64,000 bases of DNA from Candidatus Zixiibacteriota bacterium (GTDB taxonomy: Bacteria > Zixibacteria > MSB-5A5 > GN15 > JAAZOE01): NCBI GenBank assembly GCA_043819555.1, contig JBDREQ010000009.1, positions 64,001 to 128,000 on the forward strand. The letters run 5' to 3'. Shown one piece after another: positions 1-9,971 of the stretch (positions within the stretch are counted from its first letter, which is position 1; the number at the start of each line of letters is the position of its first letter). Both the position numbers and the translations under genes were made by a program. Under the pieces are notes generated by a model. It was not told the origin of the DNA. It ran no database searches and saw only the letters and a list, made by a program, of their open reading frames with translations.

Positions 1-497
1 TCGGCGTCGGCTGGGTATCAACCGACAAGAAAGATTCGCGTATTGATAACCGTGAAGGGTCGAAACTGGTTGGAATCCTAATGGGTATCGGGGGCGCAGC
101 CGGTCAGGCATTGGGTCTGGTGCTTGCCAAAGAAGGTATGGGAGAATCATTCAATCCTCTATCGGCAACATTTATTCGTATGTTCTCATCAGCAATTATT
201 ATTTGGATTTTCGCCGGGTTTCGGGGAGAATTAATTTCGACGTTTAGGGCAATTACATCCCGGAAGGTTATATACGCTTTAGTCGGAGCGGCTTTTCTGG
301 GACCGACGATCGGCGTCTGGATGTCTTTGGTTGCCGTCAAGCATACTCAGGCTGGTATCGCGGCGACGATTATGTCATCATTTCCGGTCGTGGTGATTCT
401 GCTTGTGATGATATTTTATAAGGAGCGCCCAACTCCTCGCTCGGTGCTGGGCGCGGTAATCGCTGTCATTGGTGTCGCGATGCTGTTTATTGAGTAA
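1..497 (+). CDS. DMT/EamA family transporter, 5'-truncated by the window edge
   Basis: The frame is open from position 3 through the ORF-track ATG at 81. Hydrophobic helices and an EamA-like C-terminal repeat (GIAATIMSSFPV...YKERPT...GAVIAVIGV). Confidence 0.8.
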   Translation, partial: GVGWVSTDKKDSRIDNREGSKLVGILMGIGGAAGQALGLVLAKEGMGESFNPLSATFIRMFSSAIIIWIFAGFRGELISTFRAITSRKVIYALVGAAFLGPTIGVWMSLVAVKHTQAGIAATIMSSFPVVVILLVMIFYKERPTPRSVLGAVIAVIGVAMLFIE

Positions 498-501
498 TAT
501 A

Positions 502-1191
502 TTAAGTACTTTCGTCCGGCATTTCATCTATATATTTCTTACTCTTTTCTTCTAATTCTATCCAACTAACAACAACATCAATCAGATCTTTTAAATTTTT
601 AATATCCTTGTCATCCCACTCTCGAATATAATGAGTTTCATCATTACCAATCCATGCGGCACGTTTAGCCATTTCTCTAATTTGCTCATTATTAATATCT
701 TTAATGCAAGTTCCTAAAAATGAATTACAAATTTTGTCTTTATCACCCGGTTTTTTATGAACCAGATAATCTTTCACCAAAAATTCCAATGATTTACGAA
801 AGCCCGGCCCGCAAATAGTATCCAGACCATTTTCTTCAGCAATCAAAGATTCATTATATATCCTGGGAAACAATTTGGAAATATTCTTTATTATATCTGA
901 AAAAATTTTTACTTCAAAATAGCGATTTGTTAAAGTTCTGCTTAAGTGAAAAATATCATCGGTAACTCTATATTTAAAATAATACGCCAGAAATGGAGAA
1001 AAACACTTATTTCTGGGGCATTGAAAAATAATACATATATTACTATTGGAATCACCAAAAGGGGATTCGAATGCATTGATAGGCAATGCATCGATACCTT
1101 TTTTGCAAACTGGGCAAAAATCAGGTTTCTCAGTATAACGTGTACCCTTCGTATTGCCATCTATCTTGTTATATGATATCGAATAAGACAT
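502..1191 (-). CDS. DUF4145 (HEPN-like) domain protein with N-terminal CxxC/CxxxC
   Basis: CPVC and CPRNKC motifs, then FRKSLEFLVKDYL and AAWIGNDETHY, typical of DUF4145. Visibly AT-rich. Upstream GGGGG SD. Confidence 0.65.
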   Translation of the reverse strand: MSYSISYNKIDGNTKGTRYTEKPDFCPVCKKGIDALPINAFESPFGDSNSNICIIFQCPRNKCFSPFLAYYFKYRVTDDIFHLSRTLTNRYFEVKIFSDIIKNISKLFPRIYNESLIAEENGLDTICGPGFRKSLEFLVKDYLVHKKPGDKDKICNSFLGTCIKDINNEQIREMAKRAAWIGNDETHYIREWDDKDIKNLKDLIDVVVSWIELEEKSKKYIDEMPDEST

Positions 1192-1209
1192 TTAATACCC
1201 CCCAATTAG

Positions 1210-2142
1210 TTAATACTCAGATTTCAACAAATCCCCAAATGCAGCCATCAATTCATCGTTATTGGCTTTGAAGATGTCTCCCTCGCCATCTGGCCCAATT
1301 ATCCACCTTCCTCCTATATCGCGTAGTTCGGCCAGATATTCATTTTTGGGAATATCGTTTTCGCCATCTGCAATAATTAGAAAATTATCAGGATGCAATT
1401 CGGTCGCCATACTGAACTGGTCGGATATATCGGTTTCCTCAATCTCAATTTCATATCCTGATTTTAGTTTCATCCACCACCAGATAAATCCGAGATAGAA
1501 ATCGGGAATTGACAGGTCTTTTCGGGCCACTTCTCTCTTTTGCCAGTCGCGACCATTTATAATTGGTTCTTCAGCGATAACGAAATCAATTCTGTTTTCA
1601 TTTTCCCAAACTCTGAGAGCTGCCGTACCGCCGTGATCTATACCCCAGATAATCAAAGGTTCGACAATTTTATCTTCGAGATAAAGGCGCGAAATAACCG
1701 TCTGAAGATCATTGCCCTCAAAATATCCGCCACTGCAGTATTTGCCTTCACTTTTGCCAAAAGCTCGCTGGTCATAATAGAACACATTCAGTCCTATACT
1801 GGATAGAAGCTGAGCTTTTTCATCTCGAGCGCTCAGGTCATCAGATAACCCATGCAGGAGAATAACCGTTCCATTCGCGGTATCGGGCAACCGAGCGTTA
1901 TTATCTGCCATCGAAGAACGTGGAACATAATTACAGACCAACTTCAGATTATCTTCACTCGTAATTATAAACGATTCTACGTTGAGATTCGAATTGGGCG
2001 TTTCGGTTATTTCTTCTAATTCTGGACGGTTGATAATTTTACCTGATTGAATCAGAGGATAAACCAAAAGAGCCAGAATCGCGACGATGGCGATTACAAT
2101 GGCCATGCTTGCTTTGATAGCTTCTTTTGTCTTTTTTGTCAT
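1210..2142 (-). CDS. Membrane-anchored alpha/beta hydrolase fold protein with atypical catalytic motifs
   Basis: N-terminal TM helix, VILLHG, YDQRAFGKSEG. The nucleophile elbow reads WGIDHGG. Confidence 0.75.
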   Translation of the reverse strand: MTKKTKEAIKASMAIVIAIVAILALLVYPLIQSGKIINRPELEEITETPNSNLNVESFIITSEDNLKLVCNYVPRSSMADNNARLPDTANGTVILLHGLSDDLSARDEKAQLLSSIGLNVFYYDQRAFGKSEGKYCSGGYFEGNDLQTVISRLYLEDKIVEPLIIWGIDHGGTAALRVWENENRIDFVIAEEPIINGRDWQKREVARKDLSIPDFYLGFIWWWMKLKSGYEIEIEETDISDQFSMATELHPDNFLIIADGENDIPKNEYLAELRDIGGRWIIGPDGEGDIFKANNDELMAAFGDLLKSEY

Positions 2143-2274
2143 AATCCGATAAATAACAGTCTTACATAGAGATTGGCAATAAAAAATGCGATAAATCCAA
2201 AATTCTTATTTGCCTTTATTATTCGGAATCGCTAACATATTAGGGTAAATTGTATGTGACACCGTTCCGATAAT

Positions 2275-3024
2275 ATGGATATGAAAAAGATTATCAAAAT
2301 ATCATGGATTTTTACGGCCGCAACAATATTGATAGCCGGTTGCGGGGGGCATTTAACAAACCCCGGCGGGGGCGGTGGAGATAGTTATGCTGTCGAGGCC
2401 GTTCTGGTTAAAAGCCTCGAAACCGATTCGGCTTTTATCGAAATTTCACTACACAAAAACAATCAGGTGTTTACCGAAGCGACCATAAGTCTGGCCGGTA
2501 TAGCAATTACAAGCGATTCTACTCATTATTACCGAGCTTATGGAGCAAGTCAAATATTGGCAGGAAACAGCTATCAATTGCTGATTAGCGATTCAGCAAC
2601 CCAAATACTTTCCACTAACATCTCACTGTCCGGCTCGATGGCAATTAATGGCCCTGATGTCAGGAATTTCACCGGCGGCGCCGAGGCGGTTGCGTGGAGC
2701 GGCAGTCTGGGAAGTTCCGGCTACATTTTGGCAACGACTCCTCCGGCGGCATTTTCCGACCTGGACGGGTACGGCGAGTTTACCGGAATTCTATCGGGCA
2801 CAATTCCAGCGGAAACGTTTATGCTTAATTTGACGGATCGGATTGTCGGTACTCACTTGATTTATGTGGCCGCTTATACCGGGGCGCCATTTAACAATGA
2901 AGGCATACCGTTTGATATTCCGACCCTGGGTAATCCCGTCAATAATATTTCGAACGGCAGTGTTTCCGGACGAGTTGCGGGAATCGTTATTTCGTCTCCC
3001 GATTCGATAATTGTGACGAATTGA
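2275..3024 (+). CDS. Hypothetical lipoprotein
   Basis: Basic N-terminus, hydrophobic stretch, lipobox LIAG-C, Gly linker. The stop overlaps the murQ start (TGATG). Confidence 0.7.
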   Translation: MDMKKIIKISWIFTAATILIAGCGGHLTNPGGGGGDSYAVEAVLVKSLETDSAFIEISLHKNNQVFTEATISLAGIAITSDSTHYYRAYGASQILAGNSYQLLISDSATQILSTNISLSGSMAINGPDVRNFTGGAEAVAWSGSLGSSGYILATTPPAAFSDLDGYGEFTGILSGTIPAETFMLNLTDRIVGTHLIYVAAYTGAPFNNEGIPFDIPTLGNPVNNISNGSVSGRVAGIVISSPDSIIVTN

Positions 3025-3950
3025 TGAGCGACAAAACGAGAAAACTTATCAATCATCTGCAACGACTTGAAACCGAAAGCTCCAATCCTAAATCATTGAA
3101 TATCGACCGCCTTCCGGCGGTTGATATTTGTCGTATAATTAATCAGGAAGATCAAACCGTCGCGAGCGCTATCGCCGGACAAATATCCATAATCGCCAAA
3201 ACCGCCGATAAAGTCGCCGATATCATTCGAAACGGCGGTGGCGTATTCTATATTGGAGCGGGAACTTCGGGACGATTGGGAGTGCTTGATGCCGCCGAAA
3301 TACCGCCGACTTTCGGAACCGATCCATCACTTTTTACCGGCGTTATTGCTGGAGGAAGAGATACTCTGGTATTATCAAAAGAAGGAGTCGAAGACGAAAC
3401 TGATCAGGCCAAAATCGATCTGGCAAAATTCAATTTAACAACAAACGATATGTTAATCGGACTGGCCGCCTCGATTAAAACGCCCTATACAATCGCTGGA
3501 ATCAAATATGCCCAAATAGTCGGAGCGGCGACGGCCCTTATAGTTTGCAATGATGCCTGCTCTTTGGAAATCAAACCTGATTTTCTTATTCAGTTAAAAG
3601 TTGGCCCGGAAGTTATAACCGGTTCAACCCGTATGAAATCGGGGACGGCTCAGAAAATGACACTCAATATGATTTCAACTACGGCGATGATTCTTCTCGG
3701 CAAATGCTATGGCAATCTTATGGTCGATTTGAAAGCGACATCGAATAAACTCAAAGCTCGTTCACGCAAAATCCTAATTGAACTTCTTGAAATTGACTAC
3801 GATGAAGCCGATAAATTGCTGGAAGAATCGGGCGGCTCGGTTAAAATAGCGATTGCCATGAGGAGCCTTGGAATAGACGGGGCGGAGGCGGAGAAAAGGC
3901 TCGGACAATCCGGGGGTTTTCTCTGGAAATTGCTTGACCAAAAACAATAA
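3024..3950 (+). CDS. murQ: N-acetylmuramic acid 6-phosphate etherase
   Basis: GAGTSGRLGVLDAAEIPPTFG, GPEVITGSTRMKSGTAQKM and YGNLMVD motifs. Confidence 0.95.
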   Translation: MSDKTRKLINHLQRLETESSNPKSLNIDRLPAVDICRIINQEDQTVASAIAGQISIIAKTADKVADIIRNGGGVFYIGAGTSGRLGVLDAAEIPPTFGTDPSLFTGVIAGGRDTLVLSKEGVEDETDQAKIDLAKFNLTTNDMLIGLAASIKTPYTIAGIKYAQIVGAATALIVCNDACSLEIKPDFLIQLKVGPEVITGSTRMKSGTAQKMTLNMISTTAMILLGKCYGNLMVDLKATSNKLKARSRKILIELLEIDYDEADKLLEESGGSVKIAIAMRSLGIDGAEAEKRLGQSGGFLWKLLDQKQ

Positions 3951-4064
3951 TCGCAAAACCAGTAATTGTAAAATCTCTTGTCTTTTTGCCGAAAATGGTT
4001 ATATTAATCGACTGTTTTGGGAAAAAGCAGCTTATATGATTGAAACTAAAAAGGTATATAAAAA

Positions 4065-4274
4065 ATGAAACCGAAAATTCATCCCAAATATGAGCCGGCT
4101 ACAATCACCTGCGCCTGCGGATCCGTGATTGAAACCCGTTCGACTTTGAAGGATATCAAAGTGGAAATCTGCTCCACTTGCCATCCGTTTTTCTCCGGCA
4201 AACAAAAACTTGTCGATTCGGCCGGCCGCGTCGAGCGATTTCGTCGGAAATATAAACTGGATAAGAAAAAATAA
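4065..4274 (+). CDS. rpmE: 50S ribosomal protein L31, zinc-binding (CxC/CxxC) type
   Basis: MKPKIHPKY...CACG...[24 protein letters not shown]. Confidence 0.97.
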   Translation: MKPKIHPKYEPATITCACGSVIETRSTLKDIKVEICSTCHPFFSGKQKLVDSAGRVERFRRKYKLDKKK

Positions 4275-4319
4275 TAGATTTTTCTTATTTTCCGGTTTAC
4301 TTGGTACGTATTATTCTTA

Positions 4320-4358
4320 CGGTTGGAGATTATTAAATGTAACCTCCAACCGCTTTTA
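4320..4358 (+). terminator. Putative intrinsic terminator after rpmE
   Basis: CGGTTGGAG...CTCCAACCG stem followed by CTTTTA. Confidence 0.45.
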
Positions 4359-4401
4359 TATTAGTTGTAACTGTTCTTTAATATGAATAGCAGGAGACCT
4401 C

Positions 4402-5379
4402 ATGCCGGATCTGGCAGTAGGCGGACAAGCGGTAATCGAAGGTGTGATGATGAGGTCGGATGATCGCATCGCCACAGCAGTGCGGGTTCCTTCCGGCGAA
4501 ATCAAAGTCAAAACCGATAAATATATTTCCCTGACAAAGCGCAAAAAAATATTGGGCTGGCCGGTTATCCGTGGAGCCGTTTCGTTCATTGAGATGCTGA
4601 TTATCGGCATCAAATCACTCAATTTTTCAGCAGATGTCGCGGTTGCCGAAATCGAGAAAGAAGAAGCCGCCCAAAATGGCGAAGTATATAAAGAAAAAGA
4701 GAAGAAAAAATCGAATACTCTGGTTTTGGCTGGTACGGTGGTATTTGCGCTGGCTTTGGGGATTTTGGTCTTTTTCTTTTTGCCGCTGGCAATTTCCTCC
4801 TTTCTTCAGGTAAAGAAAGATGCCCTTCTCTTCAATATTGTCGCCGGAATTATTCGCGTCATATTTTTTGTAATGTATGTCTGGGGGATATCGTTTATCT
4901 CTGATTTTAGGCGAGTTTTTGCGTATCATGGCGCCGAACATAAATCAATTTTCGCTTTTGAATCGGGCGCCAAAATGTCTGCCGAAGATGTCAGCTCTTA
5001 TCCCCGTCGGCATCCCCGTTGTGGAACCAGCTTCATTCTAATCGTCGCGATTTTCGCCATTCTTATTTATTCCATATCTGATACTATCTACGCAATTGTA
5101 ACCGGCGAAGCCCCCGCGCTCATGACGCGATTCGGAATCCATTTTTCGCTTTTGCCCCTGGTGGCCGGGGCATCATACGAGTTGTTAAAACTGTCTGGTA
5201 GAACCCGCGATTCCAAAATAACCAAGCTTTTGATCGCTCCCGGCTTATGGCTGCAAAATATAACTACCAAAGAACCAACGATTGATCAAATTGAAGTGGC
5301 AATTGTGGCGCTGGAATCAGCCATGAATATTGAGAATTCGGAACTTTCGGTTATACGCGTCCGGGTCCCCGCAACTTAG
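4402..5379 (+). CDS. DUF1385 family membrane protein (YqhQ-like)
   Basis: GGQAVIEGVMMR, YHGAEHK and HPRCGTSF motifs. Usual neighbour of rpmE/prfA. Confidence 0.9.
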   Translation: MPDLAVGGQAVIEGVMMRSDDRIATAVRVPSGEIKVKTDKYISLTKRKKILGWPVIRGAVSFIEMLIIGIKSLNFSADVAVAEIEKEEAAQNGEVYKEKEKKKSNTLVLAGTVVFALALGILVFFFLPLAISSFLQVKKDALLFNIVAGIIRVIFFVMYVWGISFISDFRRVFAYHGAEHKSIFAFESGAKMSAEDVSSYPRRHPRCGTSFILIVAIFAILIYSISDTIYAIVTGEAPALMTRFGIHFSLLPLVAGASYELLKLSGRTRDSKITKLLIAPGLWLQNITTKEPTIDQIEVAIVALESAMNIENSELSVIRVRVPAT

Positions 5380-5416
5380 CTGTATCCAAATTTTAATTCC
5401 CAAAAATTAAAACATC

Positions 5417-5445
5417 TTGCGGGACAGGATTATCTTGTCTATATT
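5417..5445 (+). promoter_or_regulatory. Sigma70-type promoter of prfA
   Basis: TTGCGG-N17-TATATT ending 23 nt upstream of the ATG. The spacer is a near-palindrome, GACAGGAT-T-ATCTTGTC. Confidence 0.5.
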
Positions 5446-5468
5446 TTTTCCATTACCAAGAGGATAAT

Positions 5469-6545
5469 ATGCTGGAATTACTTGATAGAATAGATGAACG
5501 ATATAATGCGGTCGGAAAGGATTTATCTTCGCCGGAGATTCTTGCCAGTCCAGGCAAAATGAAAAGCCTGGCGCGCGAACACCGACATCTGGAAGCGATT
5601 AAAAAAATTGGCGATGAATATCGAAGAATCCTCAAAGATATTCGTGAGGCAGAAGAGATTATTAACGCCAATGAGGATTCCGATTTGATTGAGATGGCAA
5701 CATCCGAGCTGGAAGAAAACGAAGCCCGGCGCAAAGAAATTGAGGAAAAACTGAGAATACTCCTTATTCCCCGCGATCCCAATGATGATAAAAACGTTTT
5801 AGTTGAGATTCGTGCCGGAACCGGCGGCGAGGAGGCGGCTTTATTTGCGGCTGACCTGTACCGCATGTACTCACGATATGCCGAGGATCAGGGATGGAAA
5901 ATAGAACTCTTATCCGGCAACCCGACCGGAATCGGCGGTCTCAAGGAAATCATATTCGGCATCAACGGTGATAACGCTTACTCACTTTTGAAATTTGAAT
6001 CGGGCGTCCATCGAGTCCAGAGAGTGCCTACCACTGAAAGCTCAGGCCGGATTCATACATCGGCGGCGTCGGTGGCGGTACTGCCCGAAGCGGAAGATGT
6101 CGATATTGATATAAAGGAAGCGGAATTAAAAGTCGACGTGTATCGTTCATCCGGCCCGGGCGGGCAATCAGTCAACACAACCGATTCGGCAGTGAGGATC
6201 ACTCATCTTCCGACCGGATTGGTCGTCACCTGCCAGGACGAAAAATCTCAATTGAAAAATAAGACCAAGGCGATGAAAGTTTTGCGCGCGCGTCTTCTTG
6301 ACCAGGCTATTCGAGAGCAACATAATAAAATCGCCGCCGACCGCAAATCAATGGTCGGATCGGGCGACCGCTCGGCCAAGATTCGAACATATAATTTCCC
6401 GCAAGGCCGTGTTACCGACCATCGCATAAATCTAACGTTGTACAAATTGCAGGCCATTCTTGACGGTGATTTGAATGAAATGATTGACGTCTTGCGAAGG
6501 CACGAGCAGGAACATCAACTGGCCGCGGCTGGGATGGCGAAATAA
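5469..6545 (+). CDS. prfA: Peptide chain release factor 1
   Basis: [15 protein letters not shown] (PxT motif) and [11 protein letters not shown] (GGQ). Confidence 0.97.
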   Translation: MLELLDRIDERYNAVGKDLSSPEILASPGKMKSLAREHRHLEAIKKIGDEYRRILKDIREAEEIINANEDSDLIEMATSELEENEARRKEIEEKLRILLIPRDPNDDKNVLVEIRAGTGGEEAALFAADLYRMYSRYAEDQGWKIELLSGNPTGIGGLKEIIFGINGDNAYSLLKFESGVHRVQRVPTTESSGRIHTSAASVAVLPEAEDVDIDIKEAELKVDVYRSSGPGGQSVNTTDSAVRITHLPTGLVVTCQDEKSQLKNKTKAMKVLRARLLDQAIREQHNKIAADRKSMVGSGDRSAKIRTYNFPQGRVTDHRINLTLYKLQAILDGDLNEMIDVLRRHEQEHQLAAAGMAK

Positions 6546-6646
6546 ATATATTGGCGATTAGGTAAATCCGAGTCATTTCATGTGTCGCGACAATTCTCGG
6601 GTTGTCGTTACAGGCACAGAGTGAATATTGCCGCGACAGCCGAAAA

Positions 6647-6780
6647 CAGGCTTTCGCCTGTCATTCCCGAGAGCGAAGCCCTAATGGGCGAAGCGAATCG
6701 GGAATCCATGCGGAGTTATTTGGAGATAAACTGTTGCACTTCAAATGTGAATCCACCTCCCAGCGTGCGCTGGAATGACA
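6647..6780. repeat. Palindromic miniature element, family A (GTCATTCCCG...GGGAATCC type), copy 1
   Basis: Terminal inverted repeat TGTCATTCC...GGAATGACA. About 60 nt are near-identical to 61065-61128. Confidence 0.75.
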
Positions 6781-6896
6781 CCGAGATGGATCTATTTGTG
6801 TAGCGATAACCCTGGGATTGTTTGTTGCTTGTAGAAATAGAGTCCAAAGGCTCCGGCCAAAACCTTTGAATAATCAATCCCGTAAATTGTATATAT

Positions 6897-6922
6897 AGTA
6901 ACATTGATACGGATTGGTCGTA
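6897..6922 (+). promoter_or_regulatory. ECF (SigW-like) promoter candidate for the pspC-domain gene
   Basis: AGTAAC-N16-CGTA ending 23 nt upstream of the ATG. Resembles the SigW consensus TGAAAC-N16-CGTA. Confidence 0.45.
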
Positions 6923-6945
6923 TAATATAGAAAAAAGGGTATGTT

Positions 6946-7173
6946 ATGAGAAGATTATATCGTTCAATAGAAGATCGCAAAATCGCTGGGATTTGCGGCG
7001 GGATTGGCGAGATGCTCGAAGTTGATCCGACATTGATACGCCTTATCACAATTGTCCTGGCGATTAGCACCGCCATATTTCCGACGGTAATTGTTTATTT
7101 TGCCAGTTGCCTGTTTATCCCCAACGCCGTCCCCAGAAACACTCATGTCAAAGACGACCCGGCCGCGGGGTAG
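6946..7173 (+). CDS. PspC domain protein
   Basis: RRLYRS.EDRKIAGICGGIGE...DPTLIRL signature. Confidence 0.9.
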   Translation: MRRLYRSIEDRKIAGICGGIGEMLEVDPTLIRLITIVLAISTAIFPTVIVYFASCLFIPNAVPRNTHVKDDPAAG

Positions 7174-7275
7174 GTAATATTCCCGCCAAGTAAATATATC
7201 CAGCAGATATACCAAAAATATTCCCCACATCAAGCTTATGGGCCACCCGTTATAAATTTAGGTTAGCGGAAGTCC

Positions 7276-9618
7276 TCACTCACACCCATCACCAGGCGGA
7301 GGGCCACCTTTGAAGACATGGTTAATCATATATACTGCATCGCCCACATTGCATTCAACATCGCAGTTGGAATCGCAGGCTTCAATTGGATCAGGGGCGG
7401 GGCCACCTTTAAATGCGTGATTGATAATATAAACTGCGTCACCGATATTAGCTTCTCCATCATTGTTAGCGTCACCGGCGTGAAACCACGTGAATGCTGC
7501 AAACTTGGTTACAAAAGCATCGCCGTAGCCGTTATAAGTCGGGTCATAAGCGTTAACAACCGGAAAGTCACCCAGTGATACCATGCCGGTTATATAGGCA
7601 CAGGTAGAATTATCCAGCACGACGCCCTCACCGGATTCACCAAAGGTATCACCAAGATAGGTACTGTAAACCAGTGCGCCGCCATCGGGTGACAGTCTGG
7701 TCAAAAACGCATCTCCATAATCGCCTTCATAGATGGAATCAAAAGCGTACTTAACAGGAAAATCGACGGACTCGGTCGTCCCTGTTACGTAGGCACAGCC
7801 TGATTCGTCCAGAGCAAGGTCCCGGCCAGCATCGGCGCCGGAGCCACCCAGATAGGTACTGTAAACCAATGAGTTACCGGCAGCGCTCAACTTGGTTACA
7901 AAGGCATCTCTAATGCCACCCAAGTTATCGTCATAGGCGCTCGCCGTGGGGAAGTTTCCGGATTCCGTTTCTCCTACTACGTAGGCGCAACCGGATACAT
8001 CCACTTGAATACCATAGACCCCCCAATCGTCATCAGAGCCGCCCAGAAAGGTACTATACACTAGCGTATTACCGTCAGCCGAGAGCTTTGCCACAAAGGC
8101 ATCGAGTGAGTCATCGATGGTAGCATCATATGCGTTTGCCATTGGGAAATCAGGTGAAAAAGTGGTTCCTAATACATAGGTGCAGCCGAAAGTGTCGATG
8201 GCGATGCCAAACCCCTTATCCCAATCCGATCCACCCAGATAGGTGCTGTAAACCAGTGAAGAGCCGTCAGCCGACAATTTGGTCACGGCAACATCTATCT
8301 CGAGCGTATCAGGGTGTGTTGGATCGTAGGCGTTCTGGGTAGGGAAATCGGTGGAGCGAACATAGCCGAGCACGTAAGCATTACCCTCAGCATCAACCGT
8401 AATGTTCATACCTTTATCGGAGTGGGTGCCGCCCAGAAAGGTGCTATACTCAAGCGAATTACCGGTGGGTGAAAGCTTGGTTATGAAGTAGTCATTGCTT
8501 CCATTATGGGTATCGTCGTACGCGTTCGCAGTGGGATAGTCGGGGGACCAAGTATAGCCGATTATGTATGCACAGCCGAGGGCGTCAACCGCGATTCCCC
8601 CTCTATAGTCGTCGTCCGGGCTGCCAAGATAAGTGCAGTAGATCAGCGAACTGCCCGACTCTGAAAGCTTGGCAACAAATACATCGCGCCCCTCATTATA
8701 GTCGGGATCGTATGGATTCTCGGTGGGAAAGTCAGCTGACTGTGTTTCACCGAAGACATATGCGCAACCGTGGACATCCACGGCGATCCCTATGCCGTAG
8801 TCTATATTCGAGCCACCGAGGAAGGTACTGTACTCCAGAGTTATGTTTCGCAATCCATTCTCCCCACCGGAACGACTGCCGGCCATCAGACCGATGCTGC
8901 CTGTTGATAGGGAGCGTAACTCCGGCGTCATCTCGTCGTTATCATTCTCCACCAGATGCCCAAGGAATTGCCCGGTCGCGGTTTCGATGGTTAGCCTCCC
9001 CTTGGCATCAACCAGAACGTCGCCGTCGCCCTCGTATACAATCTCTATCTGTGATAGATCGGCCACGGGTTCAGCTACGAATTTCTGGCTGATCCCACCG
9101 TGTGCGCCGGCAGTATAGTGCAGGTCGATGCCGGGGTAAATATCCCGTAACACAATCGCTTCATAGTTGGGCACATCGGTTCGCCACCGGGATCGGTCAC
9201 TACCGAGGAAATAATTGCACCGCAACTCCAACAAACCTTCACCTTCAACGGTTGCCCCTGGATTGGCTCCAAAAAATGTTGCCTTGATCATGGTCTTCGC
9301 TGATTCTTCATACGCCGGATGATCTCCTTCGAGTCCACCCAGGTCGACGTCGGTGAAGCGAGCCGATGAATTGACGGTCAATTCATCTTTACCGGTCAAA
9401 AACCGCCCAATCTGATAGTATACTCCGTCATGTCTGAACCACATGGTAGTGGCGCCGACATCGGCGCGATACAGAATATGGTCCGGCCATTGCCCCATGT
9501 TTTTCGTGAAGACTAACGGGATATCGGTCATATCTTGAGATTCTGAATCAATCTCTGCAAATACAATTGAAAATTGAAAAACTATCAAAATAGATAGCAG
9601 TGTTAGAGTACCGCGCAT
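7276..9618 (-). CDS. Secreted SBBP-repeat (beta-propeller) protein with C-terminal dockerin-like domain
   Basis: Signal peptide; FTKNMGQW and NYFLG..RSRWRTDVPNY N-domain; about seven ~63-aa YSTYLGGS..D.G..IAVD..G.AYV.G.T.S.DFP repeats; two GDAN/CDSN...GDAVY.IN..FKGGP repeats. Confidence 0.85.
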   Translation of the reverse strand: MRGTLTLLSILIVFQFSIVFAEIDSESQDMTDIPLVFTKNMGQWPDHILYRADVGATTMWFRHDGVYYQIGRFLTGKDELTVNSSARFTDVDLGGLEGDHPAYEESAKTMIKATFFGANPGATVEGEGLLELRCNYFLGSDRSRWRTDVPNYEAIVLRDIYPGIDLHYTAGAHGGISQKFVAEPVADLSQIEIVYEGDGDVLVDAKGRLTIETATGQFLGHLVENDNDEMTPELRSLSTGSIGLMAGSRSGGENGLRNITLEYSTFLGGSNIDYGIGIAVDVHGCAYVFGETQSADFPTENPYDPDYNEGRDVFVAKLSESGSSLIYCTYLGSPDDDYRGGIAVDALGCAYIIGYTWSPDYPTANAYDDTHNGSNDYFITKLSPTGNSLEYSTFLGGTHSDKGMNITVDAEGNAYVLGYVRSTDFPTQNAYDPTHPDTLEIDVAVTKLSADGSSLVYSTYLGGSDWDKGFGIAIDTFGCTYVLGTTFSPDFPMANAYDATIDDSLDAFVAKLSADGNTLVYSTFLGGSDDDWGVYGIQVDVSGCAYVVGETESGNFPTASAYDDNLGGIRDAFVTKLSAAGNSLVYSTYLGGSGADAGRDLALDESGCAYVTGTTESVDFPVKYAFDSIYEGDYGDAFLTRLSPDGGALVYSTYLGDTFGESGEGVVLDNSTCAYITGMVSLGDFPVVNAYDPTYNGYGDAFVTKFAAFTWFHAGDANNDGEANIGDAVYIINHAFKGGPAPDPIEACDSNCDVECNVGDAVYMINHVFKGGPPPGDGCE

Positions 9619-9971
9619 AGTGTTCCTCCTTAATAGCCTAATAGTTTTCTGCCCCCGCAGACTAATTTGAATGTAATTCTTATTGCCCCGAACTAGGCAA
9701 TATAACTACGCCAAATATAACAATTATGGCCTATTTTGTCAACGAAATAGGGCTTAATCTACCTTCACTCACACCCCGCATACGGCGCTGGGCCACCAAT
9801 CCAAAATACCTTATTCTGTAAATCTAACAATAAAATATAATCTGATAAATGCAATATCAATGTGTGAAAATATTTGAAAGGGAAAGCGCTGCGAATTCTT
9901 TTTTGACTCTTCACCTTTCAATTCGTACATTATACAAATCAAAATTGAAAAATTATCTATAGGGAGCGTGT

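Noticed and set aside
6582..6803. 73-aa ORF after prfA
   Set aside because: It coincides with the family A palindromic element, has a GTG start without an SD, and shows no protein features.
7500..8850. ~190-nt periodic nucleotide repeats as a CRISPR or DGR array
   Set aside because: They are degenerate in-frame SBBP protein repeats. There are no identical repeat-spacer units and no cas or reverse transcriptase gene.
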